Assembly (NCBI GenBank): GCA_013265495.1
Contig: MU060042.1
Span: 6,072,258-6,136,257 of the forward strand
Source: Vicugna vicugna
Lineage: Eukaryota
Direction of reading: 5' to 3'
DNA length: 64,000 bases
The notes beneath the pieces were generated by a model. The model did not search any database, had not been told where the DNA came from, and saw nothing but the letters and a program-made list of their open reading frames with translations. Each line of letters begins with the position of its first letter. Positions within the stretch are counted from its first letter, which is position 1. A program made the translations under genes and the position numbers. Positions 10,601 to 22,279 of this stretch are shown here, piece after piece.

Positions 10601-13600
10601 GGGCGGGAAGGTGGAGCCATCTCCGCAGAGAATTGCAACCCGTGACGACAGGCAGACAGGCGCCCAGACTGACAAGTGCAGGGCCTCAGGGTGACTGGAG
10701 AGACGGAAACCAGGCGCGTGAAAGGCGACGCGGGAGGAGGATACCTGGGGCGCGCACCCCGCACGGGGGTCAGCAGGGAAGGCCCCGGCCGCCACAACTC
10801 CCGGCCACGGGCTGGACGAGGGAGAAGCCAGGATGAGCACGGCGTGGTTCAGCTTTTTAAAGACCAGAGATGAGAAAAAGCCTGTTTTACGACCTGTCCT
10901 GTAATAGTGTGTGTGTTACACGTTAACGCTGGCGTTAATGGTGTGTTCGTGCCGTGATGTACCATTAAGTGGCACCACAATGTAAATTGTAACGTGTACA
11001 ATTAAAGAATGGATTTTTATCTCTTAAGGTTTAATGTTTTTGTGTAGCAAGAAAGTTAAGAGCTGCTTTTGTAGTCGCCACCAGCTCATTTGGGTAGTAA
11101 CATTCGTAGATCATGAGATGCTGTGAGTGAGGAAAGGGAGATGCTCGTCTTCGGGGGCTTGCATGCTTGGGAGGCACAGGCGGTGAGGGGTGCTGGTGGG
11201 GCCAGGTCTCCTGGGGGCGGACACATTAGCACAGCCCCTTCCAGACCTCCAGGCCTGTCTGGATGGCCGGGCCACCCGCAGTGTCAGAGCCGAGGGGCTG
11301 CCAGCACACGGGAGCTGGGCCAGGCACTGAGGAAGCTGGGCGTTCACACAGCGGTTGCACCGTCTCCAGATTTGGGGGCACCGTCAGCCTTCAAAGAGAC
11401 AGCTGTCTGTTAAGCAGAAGAGAACGAGGCTCCTTTGGTGGTGTCCTGGGAGGAGCCCCTGACGCTCCCCTAGCAGGCACAGGGCTGCACTCTCCCCAGT
11501 TTGCTCTCTGCCACCTGTCTTGCCTGGAGACCCCCGACAGCGCCTGACAGCACCCCGCCTCCGTGCACTCTGTACCTGCTCCTCCTGGTTTCCTGGGCTG
11601 GTGGGCGGGGGTGCTGGTAAGTTTCACTCGTAGGGGCGAGCAGTCCCCGAAACACCTGGTGTTGGGTTTACCGCGGGGATCGGTGCTGGACTGAGACGCC
11701 GTGGTTCACCAAGGACGGGGATGCATGCCCTTGTGTCTGGAGCCCCAGCCCCACGAGCAGCCCTGCCCTTCGCAGTGGGGTGGCCTCCCGCCCTTGGCCT
11801 GTGGCTCGTGGAAGAGGGGGTGTCAATGGGCAAGGACAAGGCAGGCAGGTGCTGGCGGCTCCCTGAACAGCCACGGCTCCTTCAGGAAGTGCCCTGGGGT
11901 GCATCACAGGCTCCCAGGCTACGATCTTGTGGTGGCTGTCGTGATGGGACGGGGAGGCCAGGGACTGGGCTCCGAGAGTACTGTGTCCCCGTGCGGGCAG
12001 CCCTGGGGGCCTGTGGCGAGTCTGGGGTTTCCAACTCAGGTGGCAGTGGTGGCACAGACACAGAGATGAGCACAAGGAGGTGCTGTTGTGGCCTTCATCT
12101 TCCGTCTGTGTGAGTCTTGATTTGACCTGAACACTTCTGGCCTCTGGGGAGTTGACAACCTCCCTGGGCCGCCTGGCGATGGTCACTGCCCAGATTAGCT
12201 CAGATGACCCCCCCAGGAGTAAAACGACACTGTGGTTCACGACACTGGAAATGAGGGACGGCGGAGCACGGGGCTGTCCCCCTTCCGAGCGCTGTGTTCA
12301 CCAGGGTCCTCCCGGCAGCGTGGTTCAGGCTTCCGCTGCAGGGACAGCCTACAGATGCTGTACTTTGAATTAGAAGGATGCAGGAGATGCCAGGAAGGAT
12401 CTGTGTGTTAAAATGACACAAAAATGACAGTTCTTAAATTGCAGTTTTACAATAGCGTTTGCGTAGCTTAAAGCAGCCCCAGGTCAGTCCTGTGCTGACG
12501 TTTACCCGAGTGAGTCCTGGCTTTAGATCTGCTTCACGCTGAAAATAAAGTGACAAACATTTGGCTCGTTTCTCTTAAATGTGAAGAACAAAGGCATATT
12601 AAACTGTTTGGCATATTTAAAAATTATGTACAGCAGTGGGTTTTCAACTGCTCAGCCTCGCTGGGAGTCAGTGGCGGCAGGCGAGGAGCTTCTGAGACAG
12701 GAGGGAGCAGTTAAGTGCTGTCTGGAAACAACCGCGCAGACGTGAGGGGCTTCCTCCCACTTGTGTGACAGTGCTGTCGATGAGGCGCGGAGGGCCCGGA
12801 CTTGTCCCGAAATGTGTGTGATTTACATGAACAGTCGCAGTTCAGTCCCACGTGGTGCAGAAAAGAGAGGCTTCAGCTCTGCCTGTCTTTCCTGAGGAAA
12901 ACACACGCGTTGGGCTGGGGTTTATTCTAATGAGTTGACTTTCGGTGAAATTTTCTCTTTTTTTTAACTTGAAAGTGTGATCCCCACCAAAGCACTGATT
13001 TTTGTTAGTTCTCGTCCAACCACTTAGGTACACAGAGGGACAGTAACATGGTTCACTGTCCGGTTATTCCGTGAACTCTGTGAAGGGGGCAGCGTTGCTC
13101 CAGCCGCACCAGCACGCTGCCCCGATGGAGACCATCTCCTCGGAGGAGGCCGGAGACATCTTCTAGATAGCCCTCGTCTCGCGAGTTACGCTCCATCCTC
13201 GCCCCACTCACGTGTGCAGGAGACCGTACGTTCTCCTAAGACTGGCAGGCGGTCGACGGCTTGTGGGTGGTTCTGCTTCCGAAGCTGGTGAAGTGGCCCA
13301 TCTCCGCAGGAGAGCAGCAGCGCTCCGAGCAGACCGAGAGCCTCCCGTTTATCTGATGGCGTGCTGTGCCCGACACGTCTGTGCCTGGTCCGTCTGCCTC
13401 TGTTTGCGCAGTCAGCCCTTGGCTCTGCTGCTCCTGCCTCCGGAAGCTGACCCACACCCGTGTGCCCAGGGCGGGGGGCCCCCTCCCTTCGCCTCCCAGG
13501 CTTGTGACTCAGCAGTGTTCTAAGCCTGGAGCCCGCGTGGGCCTTATTGTGACAGGTGCCAGGCTTCCGGGCAGCTGCGGCTCTTCCACGGGCTCTCCCG

Positions 13601-14109
13601 GGCGAAGGCTCTGAGGATGCTCAGTTTCTGTGATTTTTGCTTTGATGCTTTGGTTGCGGGCTAGGCTGCTGGCACCTTGGGGGGTTGGGAGCAGAGGTCC
13701 TTGTGGTGTGGTCTCCCTGGCTGTGGTCAGCAGGCGTGAACGTGCTCTCGCACAAGCTTCCCCTGTGTGGAGCACTTAGGGAGAGCGTTGGACATGGGAG
13801 CAGTTGGCAGGTGCAGTTTGGAGCCACCCCGAGCCAGAACCAGGGCCGGGGCCGTCCGTGGGATGTGCAAGGCTCCGAGGGGTGGTCACTGGGCCTAAGC
13901 CTTGGGCCTCCCACAGGGGTGTCTGCAGGTGGAGGTGACAGGTACCTGTGCTGGGGAGTGGAGCGGCGTCCCACAAGGAGATGCAGGGCTGGGAAGGAGT
14001 CTGGGTTCACAGAGTTGGAAATCAAACATACTTCCCTGCTCGGACAACGTCTGAAATTCTAGACCCCTTTTAATTTATCTGTCATCAGCTGTGTTGTGTA
14101 AGTTGTGAA

Positions 14110-14350
14110 CATTTTATTTTCTTGAAGGTTTTATTTTGAGGTAATTGTAGATTCACAGACAGTTACGAGAAATAACACAGACCTTGAGTGTGCTTGTAAT
14201 CGCCTGTTGAAGCATTTTTTTATCATGGATACTTAAGAATCTTCATCAGGTAATTCCGTCATTTCTGTCACCTCAGAGTTGACATCTCCTGGTTGCCTTT
14301 CTCGTTCAGTTTGCGATCTCCCTGCTTCTCAGAGAGTTTTGGTTGAACCC
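14110..14350 (-). mobile_element. Ancient L1 fragments (L1MC-like 3' end joined to an L1M 5'-region piece)
   Basis: ttttattttgaggtaattgtagattcacag resembles L1MC-type 3' ends. tcaggtaattccgtcatttctgtcacctcagagttgacatc resembles the antisense L1M 5' region. Confidence 0.65.
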
Positions 14351-15066
14351 TGAACAGTCTCCCGTCTCGTCGTGACAGTCGGGACCTCCTGTGATGCTCT
14401 GTGTGGCTGCGTTCACTGCTCTGCTTCAGCAGCAGAAGTGGGGGCACAGCTCACCTCGACTCTGCTGGGGGGGGTGGTCGAGGTCCCTTGCAGGCGCTGC
14501 TGACCCCTGTGGGGCCATCGTCACTGCTGGGCAGCTGTCGGGGTCCCAGCCTCCCGCGGTCACCACGGGCACGTGGGGGGATGTGTCCGTGAGTGTCTGA
14601 CTCTGGTGCCCCCTGGTTACTGCAGGGGGTGGGCTCCACTGGCTGCAGCGGGTCATGGACTGGAGTATGAAGTGTGGAGCCAGGACGTGGGGCCAGGTGG
14701 GCACAGACTTGGCACCAGGTCAAGAGCGGGACCTCTGTTCACCGTCTCCCCATACTTGCCCTTTGCTCTGAGATGAGGGCGGCCGGGCTGTGAGCCTCAG
14801 TGTGTTGGCAGGAGAAGGTAGATGCTCGCTTTCGCTGGAGGAGGCGTGAGCCTGGGCTGCCCGTGGTCGGGCTGGACCCGCCAAGGTTGCAGTTCGTAAG
14901 CAAACTGATGCAGCCCGGGCAGGCACTGCCGACAAGACAGCGTGTCTTCACGGCTGAAACGGTCTGTGCATGTTTGCACACCTGTTCCCAGGGTCAGGCG
15001 TCTGCGTCGGGGCTGGAAGTGAGCTCAGACCGATTCCTCACGTGGGGCCTGTGAAATTCGTTTCAG

Positions 15067-15229
15067 GGCTGTTCAGCCACATCCACCGCCGATGTTTGGT
15101 GAGGATGTGCCAGACCATCAGGATGGGGAGCCGCCCGGCCCCCCTCGCAGGAAGCGCCAGCCCAGCCTGTCGGAGACAATGCCACTGTACACGCTGTGCC
15201 GGGAGGACCTGGAGAGCATGGACAGAGAG
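15067..15229 (+). CDS. CTDP1: CTDP1 coding exon 11
   Basis: TTTCAG acceptor and GAG|GTGAGG donor. 163 nt. Encodes AVQPHPPPMFGEDVPDHQDGEPPGPPRRKRQPSLSETMPLYTLCREDLESMDRE. Confidence 0.98.
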
Positions 15230-17566
15230 GTGAGGCCGGCCTGTCCCCTCCCCAGGGCACATGTGAGGAGGTGGACGGCAGCACCGGGGGGCCGTCAGCA
15301 TGCAGTCTGAGTCCACTTCCAAAGTCGGGTTTGTGATTCCAACCGTGGGGCCTGACTGCGTGCGCCCCCCCCACCCCCCCCAGCCCACTTGGCAGCGTGT
15401 GGGTCATCGTTCCAATGAGGGCTCCTGATGTGCAGTGGGTGGGGCCGGGGTGCCAGGCGGCCCCCACAGTGTCACCAGTGCTGAGGGTGAGAGACCCCAG
15501 TTACTGCCGTCTCGGGTGCACACGGACTGCTGAAACACACTCAGAAGACTGGTACTTTGTTGTTACACCACTAAGAAAGTTTGGGCAATGGAATCCCCTC
15601 CGAACTGAAGGTTAAATGCAGAGGGGATTCTCCTTGGGAGCAAAACACGCCTGAACTGGGGGTGATTCTGCAACCAGTTGCCCGTGTCTTGCCCACGCGA
15701 GCAGCCTCGGGCCCTCACGTCGGCCTGCCCTGGACCCCCCCAGCCCCCCCGGCCCCCAGGCTGTCACAGCCAGGCCCCTCCAGAGAAGGGCCAGGCCCTG
15801 TGGGTGCTTGTGCTCATTACTCCTCGCCTGAACATTCCTCGCAAGGACCGATGTGTAAACATAGCCCTCAAGAGTCCCCAGCCAGGCCCTGGTCAGGACG
15901 GACGCTGCCCAACGCCCCTCAGACTCTCACCTCCGAGGCGTGTGAGGAGCCGTAGCCGCTGCGCGCTGTGCCGCATGGGTGGGCGTTGTCCTCGGGACCT
16001 CTGGGGACCACTGGGGCGGCAGGCACATTCCGTTCACATTCAGTGATCTGTCCCAGTGGTCAGCCTCATGGCTTCTCCTGGGAGGCACCTGCCCTCAGAA
16101 AGCCTTAGGGAGCCTCCAAAGCAGGGCTCTGGCCTTAGCAGCCGGGAGACCGCAGGCCTGGCGGACAGAGTTCTCAGCGCGTGCTGGCCGTGAGCCCTGC
16201 CCGTGAGATGGGGATGCTTCCGCCTGCGTCATCGAATCCCACGAGGGGTCTGCGCTCACTAGGCTGTAGAGAGGGCGAGAGAGTGAATAAGACCCCTCAT
16301 ACAGTAGGGAATGTGTCGGCGTCGAGCGCTCCCTCCCCAGGCAGGTCCCAGAGCGAGTCCCGATCTCAGAGGCGGGGGCTCGATTCTGCCGGCTCGGTCT
16401 CCCCTGAGAGTAGGAGGCAGGAGCGGTGAGGCTCACTGGTCAGTGTTGAGGTAAGTTTTAGGAGAAAACCCCAGAAGGCTCCTTGAACTGAGATAGGCCC
16501 TGGCAGAAAACTGCCGTGCATCTGCCAGAGTCAAGGTCAGTTTTCTAAGCAGAGGTTCCTGCTCTTTAGAGATCGCTGAGGACAGAGCCTTCTCAGGTCC
16601 CTTCTGGTCTCTGTAGAGCCATCTGTACACTGGAGACCTAACTGGGGGGCCTACTTTTTGTGCTTTTTCTCGACTTATCAGCAGATTATTTTCCCGTTGA
16701 ATGACATTGTTCCTTCAGTGGGCTTTCTGCTGAAAACATGTTGCAAACACAGTTACGTTCTGGGAATCACAAGATCTGCTTCAGGTCACCTGGCGTCGTT
16801 CTGTACGACTGTTAGGTGGGCGTGCTTTCCTCTGTTCCATGAGTGGAGGGTCCTGCGAGGTGTGATGGAGTCAAATACGAGGTCCCCCCCCCAACGCCCT
16901 GTCCCGGGAGCCCCGTGCCCACCCCACACCTCATCCCTGGGGCCCCACGGCCCCCGTGCAGTGACTCTGAGCCCGTTGCAGTTGTATTTCAATCCACCAG
17001 AGGGGGCTCTCGCTGCAGGCTGTGACCAGCAAACAGGTGCTTGGTTCTTGGGTGAGCCTGCCTGCTCTGAACGTTTGAGACCTCATCTTGGGGCCCCACA
17101 GCCAGGGCATCTGGAAGCGCAGACCCCTCTCCAAGCCCCGCAGCCCCCGAGCCATCCCCGCTCCCTTCACGTCCAGCCCCTCTTTGTTCTGTGGCCAGAG
17201 TCTCGGCTCCTCTCGGGAAAGCACAGAAGGTCACGAGGCGGCGTAGCGTGGCTTCCCCTGGACTGTTGGTTAAGTGCGTGCTGTCCTTGGATGCGCCAGG
17301 CACAGGCTGGCATCTTAGGTCAGTGTCTTTGCAAACCCAAGGTCTAAGACAGAATCTCCTCCTTGCTTCTGTAAAAGAATTACAAACGTAACGTGCATCT
17401 AGCGTGATCATCTTAGCTCTTTGTCCTGTCGATGCCAGACGGTTATCCTTGTGTATCTTGGTTCACGTGAAGGAGCTTTGTGCTGAGTGGAGGCTCATGT
17501 GCCACATGGGCCATGGTGCAAACATCAGTGAGGGAGCCGGCCCAGCCTGTGCACACCACCGCTTGC

Positions 17567-17660
17567 GTGCTTCCCCACGTGTGTGGGCCCGCATGTACCT
17601 CCCCGCGTGTGCTTCCTCGCATGTGCTTCCCCAAGTGCCTCCCCACATGTGCCTCCCCAC
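17567..17660. repeat. 14-bp minisatellite in CTDP1 intron 11 (about GTGCYTCCCCACRT x ~7)
   Basis: Units start at 17567, 17581, 17595, 17609, 17623, 17635 and 17649. Confidence 0.85.
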
Positions 17661-18561
17661 CGAGGGTGCAGGCCCGCCTAGGCCTCTCCCCCGAGGGTGC
17701 AGCCTGCTGGCGGTTTCCTCTCGCTTCCATGGCAGCTCCTGTCAAGGAGGAGGACGTAGACTTAGTTTCGTGGTGTTTCGTGGGTGCTTTGTCTTCACTG
17801 ACTGTGAAGGTAGCTTTGGACCAGTGAGCACTACCTGTCCGCAGAGCGAGTTTGTGTGTGGACATGAGTACGTTTCACTAGAGAAACTGAGGCCTCAGAC
17901 ACAGGTTTGCTGTCTGGTGGCTTAAGGCTTCAGTACGAATTAACCAAAGTGTCCAAAAGCCGTCCTGTGGCCCTGCAAGGCCGCCGCCGCACGCGCGCCG
18001 TCAGTCCCGTGAGCGGTCGCTGGTTTCCTCTGAGACATCTCGCCACCGCGCGGTGGGGCCGGTGCCCCAGGGGAGCCTCAGTGAGCGTTTCTGGAGCTTC
18101 ACCCCAGGCGCCCCTGCCATCCCCTGCGGCTCCGTGTCTCCCCAGGAGGGGCTCTGAGGGGGTGCCACCTGGTTGGCCTGGCTCTCCACCTGATGGGAGC
18201 CTCCCCGCCTCAGCCTCGGTTTAGACGAACGCCCTGCTCATTCACCGTGGGCCCTGAAGTGTGCTGGAGGCAGAGCCCCATCAGGGTCAGGCTCTGCGTG
18301 GCCTGCACCCGGGTCTCCCTCACGGACCCAGGGCCCAGTGAGGTGGGCACAGAGGAGAGGACGGCCTGGGCCATCGTCTGTCCACGCGCCCCATTGACGG
18401 TCCTTGGCGCTGTTTGCGAGCACCTGACTGCGGCCCCGTTTCGGAGTTCTGGGAGGCGGTTGGGGCCGTGCTGCTGCTGTGGGTTCATCCCTGGGCGAGG
18501 GACATCTCTGGGCTCTCGGGGACGTCAGTCTCACAGTGTGCTGCCCTCGGCCCTTCGTCAG

Positions 18562-18746
18562 GTGGATGACATCCTAGGAGAAGGCAGTGATGACAGCGAC
18601 AGTGAGAGGAGGCGGCCGGAAGAGCAGGAGGAGGAGGAGCGGGGACCGAGGCCCCGTGAGCCTGAGGCCCCGGGGGCCCAGCGGGGACGCGCGCTCAAGT
18701 CCACTCCATCCAGCGAGGGGAGTGCAGCGGATGGCCGGGGGCCCAG
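18562..18746 (+). CDS. CTDP1: CTDP1 coding exon 12
   Basis: TCAG acceptor and CAG|GTGAGC donor. 185 nt. Encodes VDDILGEGSDDSDSERRRPEEQEEEE...GRGP. Confidence 0.97.
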
Positions 18747-18841
18747 GTGAGCGCGGGCAGGTGAGGGGCCGTCGGGTTGGGGGCAGCACCAGGAGAGGGG
18801 GCCTCACCGCGAGCCGAGTGCCTCACATGCTTCTCCCACAG

Positions 18842-18986
18842 GGGCCACAAGCGGAAGCTGAGCGAGGGGGATGCTGCCAGCGGGTCCAGCTGCGAGGACG
18901 AGGAGGACGAGGACGAGGAGGGGGGCAGCTCGGAGGCAGACGAGATGGCGGCTGCGCTGGAGGCCGAGCTGGGCGACCTCATGTGA
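18842..18986 (+). CDS. CTDP1: CTDP1 coding part of last exon 13 (TFIIF/RAP74-binding C-terminus)
   Basis: CACAG acceptor. Encodes GHKRKLSEGDAASGSSCEDEEDEDEEGGSSEADEMAAALEAELGDLM* (TGA 18984-18986), matching the FCP1 C-terminal helix. Confidence 0.98.
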
Positions 18987-19715
18987 CCGCCGGGCGGGGC
19001 TGGCACACGGCCACCTCCGTCTGCACAGGCCGCCCTCGGTGGGGTTGCCTTTTCTCCAGAGGGACATGTCTGTTTAGCACAGCTCCACATACAGAAACAC
19101 GTTATTTTGAAGAAAATAGGTGTTTTTAGAAATTTTACTACAGGAAAGCCGACTTTTTTAAGTGACAGCGTGTGACGGGGAGCGTGGTTCATGCCAAAGA
19201 TGCTGGTCAGCTCAGCGGAGCCGCCTGGCGAGCTGGAGCTTGTGGTCTGCTGTCAGGCAATGAGGGGCTTGGGGGGGCTCCCTAAATACCGCACTTCATT
19301 TAGGGAGGAGACTGGGGATCCGACACCACGTGGGGGACGATGTCATGAGAACCCACATTTTCATGCTTTTTCACAACTATAGCCACCAAACAAACGTGTT
19401 GGATGTTAACTGAGGCAGAGCAGTCACGTGCGTCAAAACCTGACATCGGGTGGACAGGCCCGGGGGGCCCAAGGGAGCAGCACCGAGGCAGCCGGGCCCC
19501 TGGAGCTCTGCAGCGACCCGGGTTCCAGCACGGGGTCCACTCCACACACCCAGACCGCCCCCTTCCTCCGCAGGCGTCTGGAGTCTGGACAGAGGGCTGC
19601 CCTCAGTGGCAGCCTGGCTCCCCTGCGAGATCGGATGTAAAGTTTTGTATATCGATTTCGTATTTGACACACAGATTTTTTCTTTCATTTAATAAAAGTC
19701 CTTTTTGTAAGCCTT
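18987..19715 (+). other. CTDP1: CTDP1 3' UTR (end approximate)
   Basis: Runs from the stop codon to about 20 nt past AATAAA, with AU-rich blocks. Confidence 0.8.
19636..19696 (+). terminator. CTDP1 main polyadenylation signal
   Basis: AATAAA at 19691-19696, two upstream TGTA (CFIm-type) motifs at 19636 and 19646, and U-rich sequence on both sides. Confidence 0.85.
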
Positions 19716-20444
19716 CTCCTCTGCCCCACTCCCTCTGTGCAGGATCCAGCTCACGCACCGCGTGGGTGAGCCACCCCGCACCGCCACCCTGTCAGGGAGC
19801 TCGCGGGGCAGAAGGTGTCTCAGAAGATTCCTGGCTGAGTTACCGGGGCCTTGGAAGGTTAAACAAAAACAGGTGCTCTCTCTGAAGCCATTCCGTGGCT
19901 GTTTTCCTGTTACTGGGAGGAGCTTTTCAAAGGTGTCATTTCTAATTACTAGATCTATGGAAATCAGATCTAAGGCGCCTAAGGAAACTGAGGCAGCTTT
20001 GCTGGTAGGTCCTCACCCCTGACAAGGTAGAGAGTGAGACTCTTTGTACACGACGTGGCACCAGACGGCCTGGGCTGGGGTTGCCCTGGGACCTCGGCTC
20101 TGGCCTCAGGCCGCGGCCCCCGGGGTGGGCAGCGGGCGAATTGGCCTTTGTGCCCCTTTGAGGCAGCCACTCGGGGCCCTGCCTGTGTGCTCCCTGCTGG
20201 GCGGCGGGCTGCAGGTGGAAGAACCCAGAGCCCAGCCTGTGTCTGTGACCTGTGGTGGTCACATGGAGAAGGAGCCTGGGGCTATAGTGTCGGCTAAGCT
20301 GCCTGAGGCGTTGATTAGAGACTTCAGTGCTGACTCGCTGAGACGTCGCGGGTGAGCTGCTTCATCTCGACACCAACACAGCGGACATTTTTCTTTCCGT
20401 TTTCTGGGCTAATCACTGAATTAAAAGTGAGCATTAGGCTAAGT

Positions 20445-20850
20445 CTGTGTGCTCTTAATACTTTCTCTGTTGCAAGTAACAGAGTCACAGCTCCAGTGAG
20501 CTTATCTTCCTGTGCTGGCACTTGTCTGAGAAGTTACGGAGCAGCTTCAGGTTCGGCTGGATCCAGGTGTTAGATGCTTAGGTGTCACTGGAAACCTGAA
20601 TCCTCCTCCCAGGGTTTGGCCTCCCTCTGCTGGCGGCACTCAGGGCAGGCCTTCTGCACAGTGTCATCCACTCTCCCAGCGGTGGGGTGGGGGCAGTACC
20701 ACAGTGCACATGGGGATGTGTGTGGGTAGGCAGCCGTCAGGAGTCCAGGCACAGCCCTTGCCTCGTCTCCCCACCAAGGTGGATGTGAATGCACGCACTC
20801 AGCACCCTCCACGACGGCAGCAATGCGGCCCTCCAAGACTTCCAGTCAAA
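20445..20850 (-). mobile_element. ERVL-MaLR (MLT1-family) LTR remnant
   Basis: gttgcaagtaacaga...gcttcaggttcggctggatccaggtg resembles antisense MLT1K/L-type LTRs (from memory). Confidence 0.6.
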
Positions 20851-22279
20851 ACCGTTCCCATGGAACAGAAACAGGGACCCCCCTGGTAGGTGGTCTGTTA
20901 GGCTAGAAATGGAGATGGCAGGATTGTGACGCTGAGTAACCTCAGTGCAAACACAGCAGCCTCCTAGGTGGGTACTTCTAGAAAGGGTCAGCGCTGGCGG
21001 CGTCTTGCAGCCTTGTTGCCAGTGGACGCTGAGCCAGCAGGGACCACCGCTGTCCTGGGGGAGCCGGGGTCTTCACTTCCAAAGCAGAAGGGCAAGGCTC
21101 CCGGGAGAGGGCGGCAGGGCGACATCTCCCCCACCCTTGTGCCTTAGTTGATGCACACCTTTCAGGTGTGTCCAGCACTGGAGCAAACCACACAGTTACT
21201 TAAAACTTGGCTCAGCCGAGGCTGGGGCCAGCAGGGCTGGGTGTCGGGCTGCTAGTCCCTGGGGCCCCTCGTGCCTCCGTGGAGCTGCCACCAGCGTGGC
21301 CAGCTCGCCTCTCAGGTAAGGGCTGCCCGGGGCCAGCAGCCCTGATGGTCATGCAGAGAGAAACGCGCTGAGGTTGGGGAAAATGCTGAATTCAGTGCCA
21401 CTCTCCCAAATGACGTCTTTTTTAGAATTTTAATAGGAAACTTGGAACTTGCTTCCTTGAACGTAACTTAAATGTTAGACCCTATGCTTAAAATGACTGT
21501 TAGGAAATTCATGACCAAGAATTGAGAGAGAGAAATCTTGTTGGCACAAGTAGATAATAAATCTTAGGCCATTTATTTACCAACATTCAAAAATCTGTAA
21601 CACTGGAGATTCGGTGAAAGTTTCCTTTCCTCCTTGAGAAAGGGGAGGTTGAAATTTTGTGTAAACGTGAGTGGACTCCTGCCCCATCTGAGTTTTTCAC
21701 ATTACGTTTTTAAAACAACCATGAAGCTGTAACATGCAGGTGCCAACATGGATGGACGGCTAGGTCCAACCTGGTCCACAGGCCCACTCCTCACGGGAAC
21801 CTGGACTCAGGGCCGGGCTGCCAAGGCATCTGGGCGGGGGCCCCCGTGCTCCCCGTGAGGACCCTGGAGAGGGTGGAGGACGGCTACGCTCAGAGTGACC
21901 GGCCACCCACTTGTATGCCTGGAGGGGCGCTTCATGCTGCGTTGTGTCCATGGAGCTGTTACTGTCAAGATCAGAGTCAATCCAGCCCACGCACAGTCTG
22001 CTGTGTGTGCACCTTGTGTGTGTGCGCGCGTACACTCATGTTCAGAGGTGCAGCCTGGTTTCAAGTACACTCGTCACACACAGAGGTGACAGTCACAGCC
22101 AGCATTTACTGTACTTTCCAGTGGTCACGTGCCTGGCTTTTTAAAATGAGTCTAATTGTGAACTTTTTAACATAAACCATCGGGGACGAAGGAAAAAATG
22201 CTCTGACCCTGCCACCAAGTCTAACCACGGTAACATTTCAGTGTGTTGTTTCAGTTTCTTAGGCATATTGTTTAAAAAA

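Noticed and set aside
1793-18986. CTDP1 as a pseudogene because of the exon 8 frameshift
   Set aside because: All other exons are open with canonical GT-AG sites, the conserved domains and poly(A) signal are intact, and the gene is essential. An assembly error or the alternative acceptor explains the shift.
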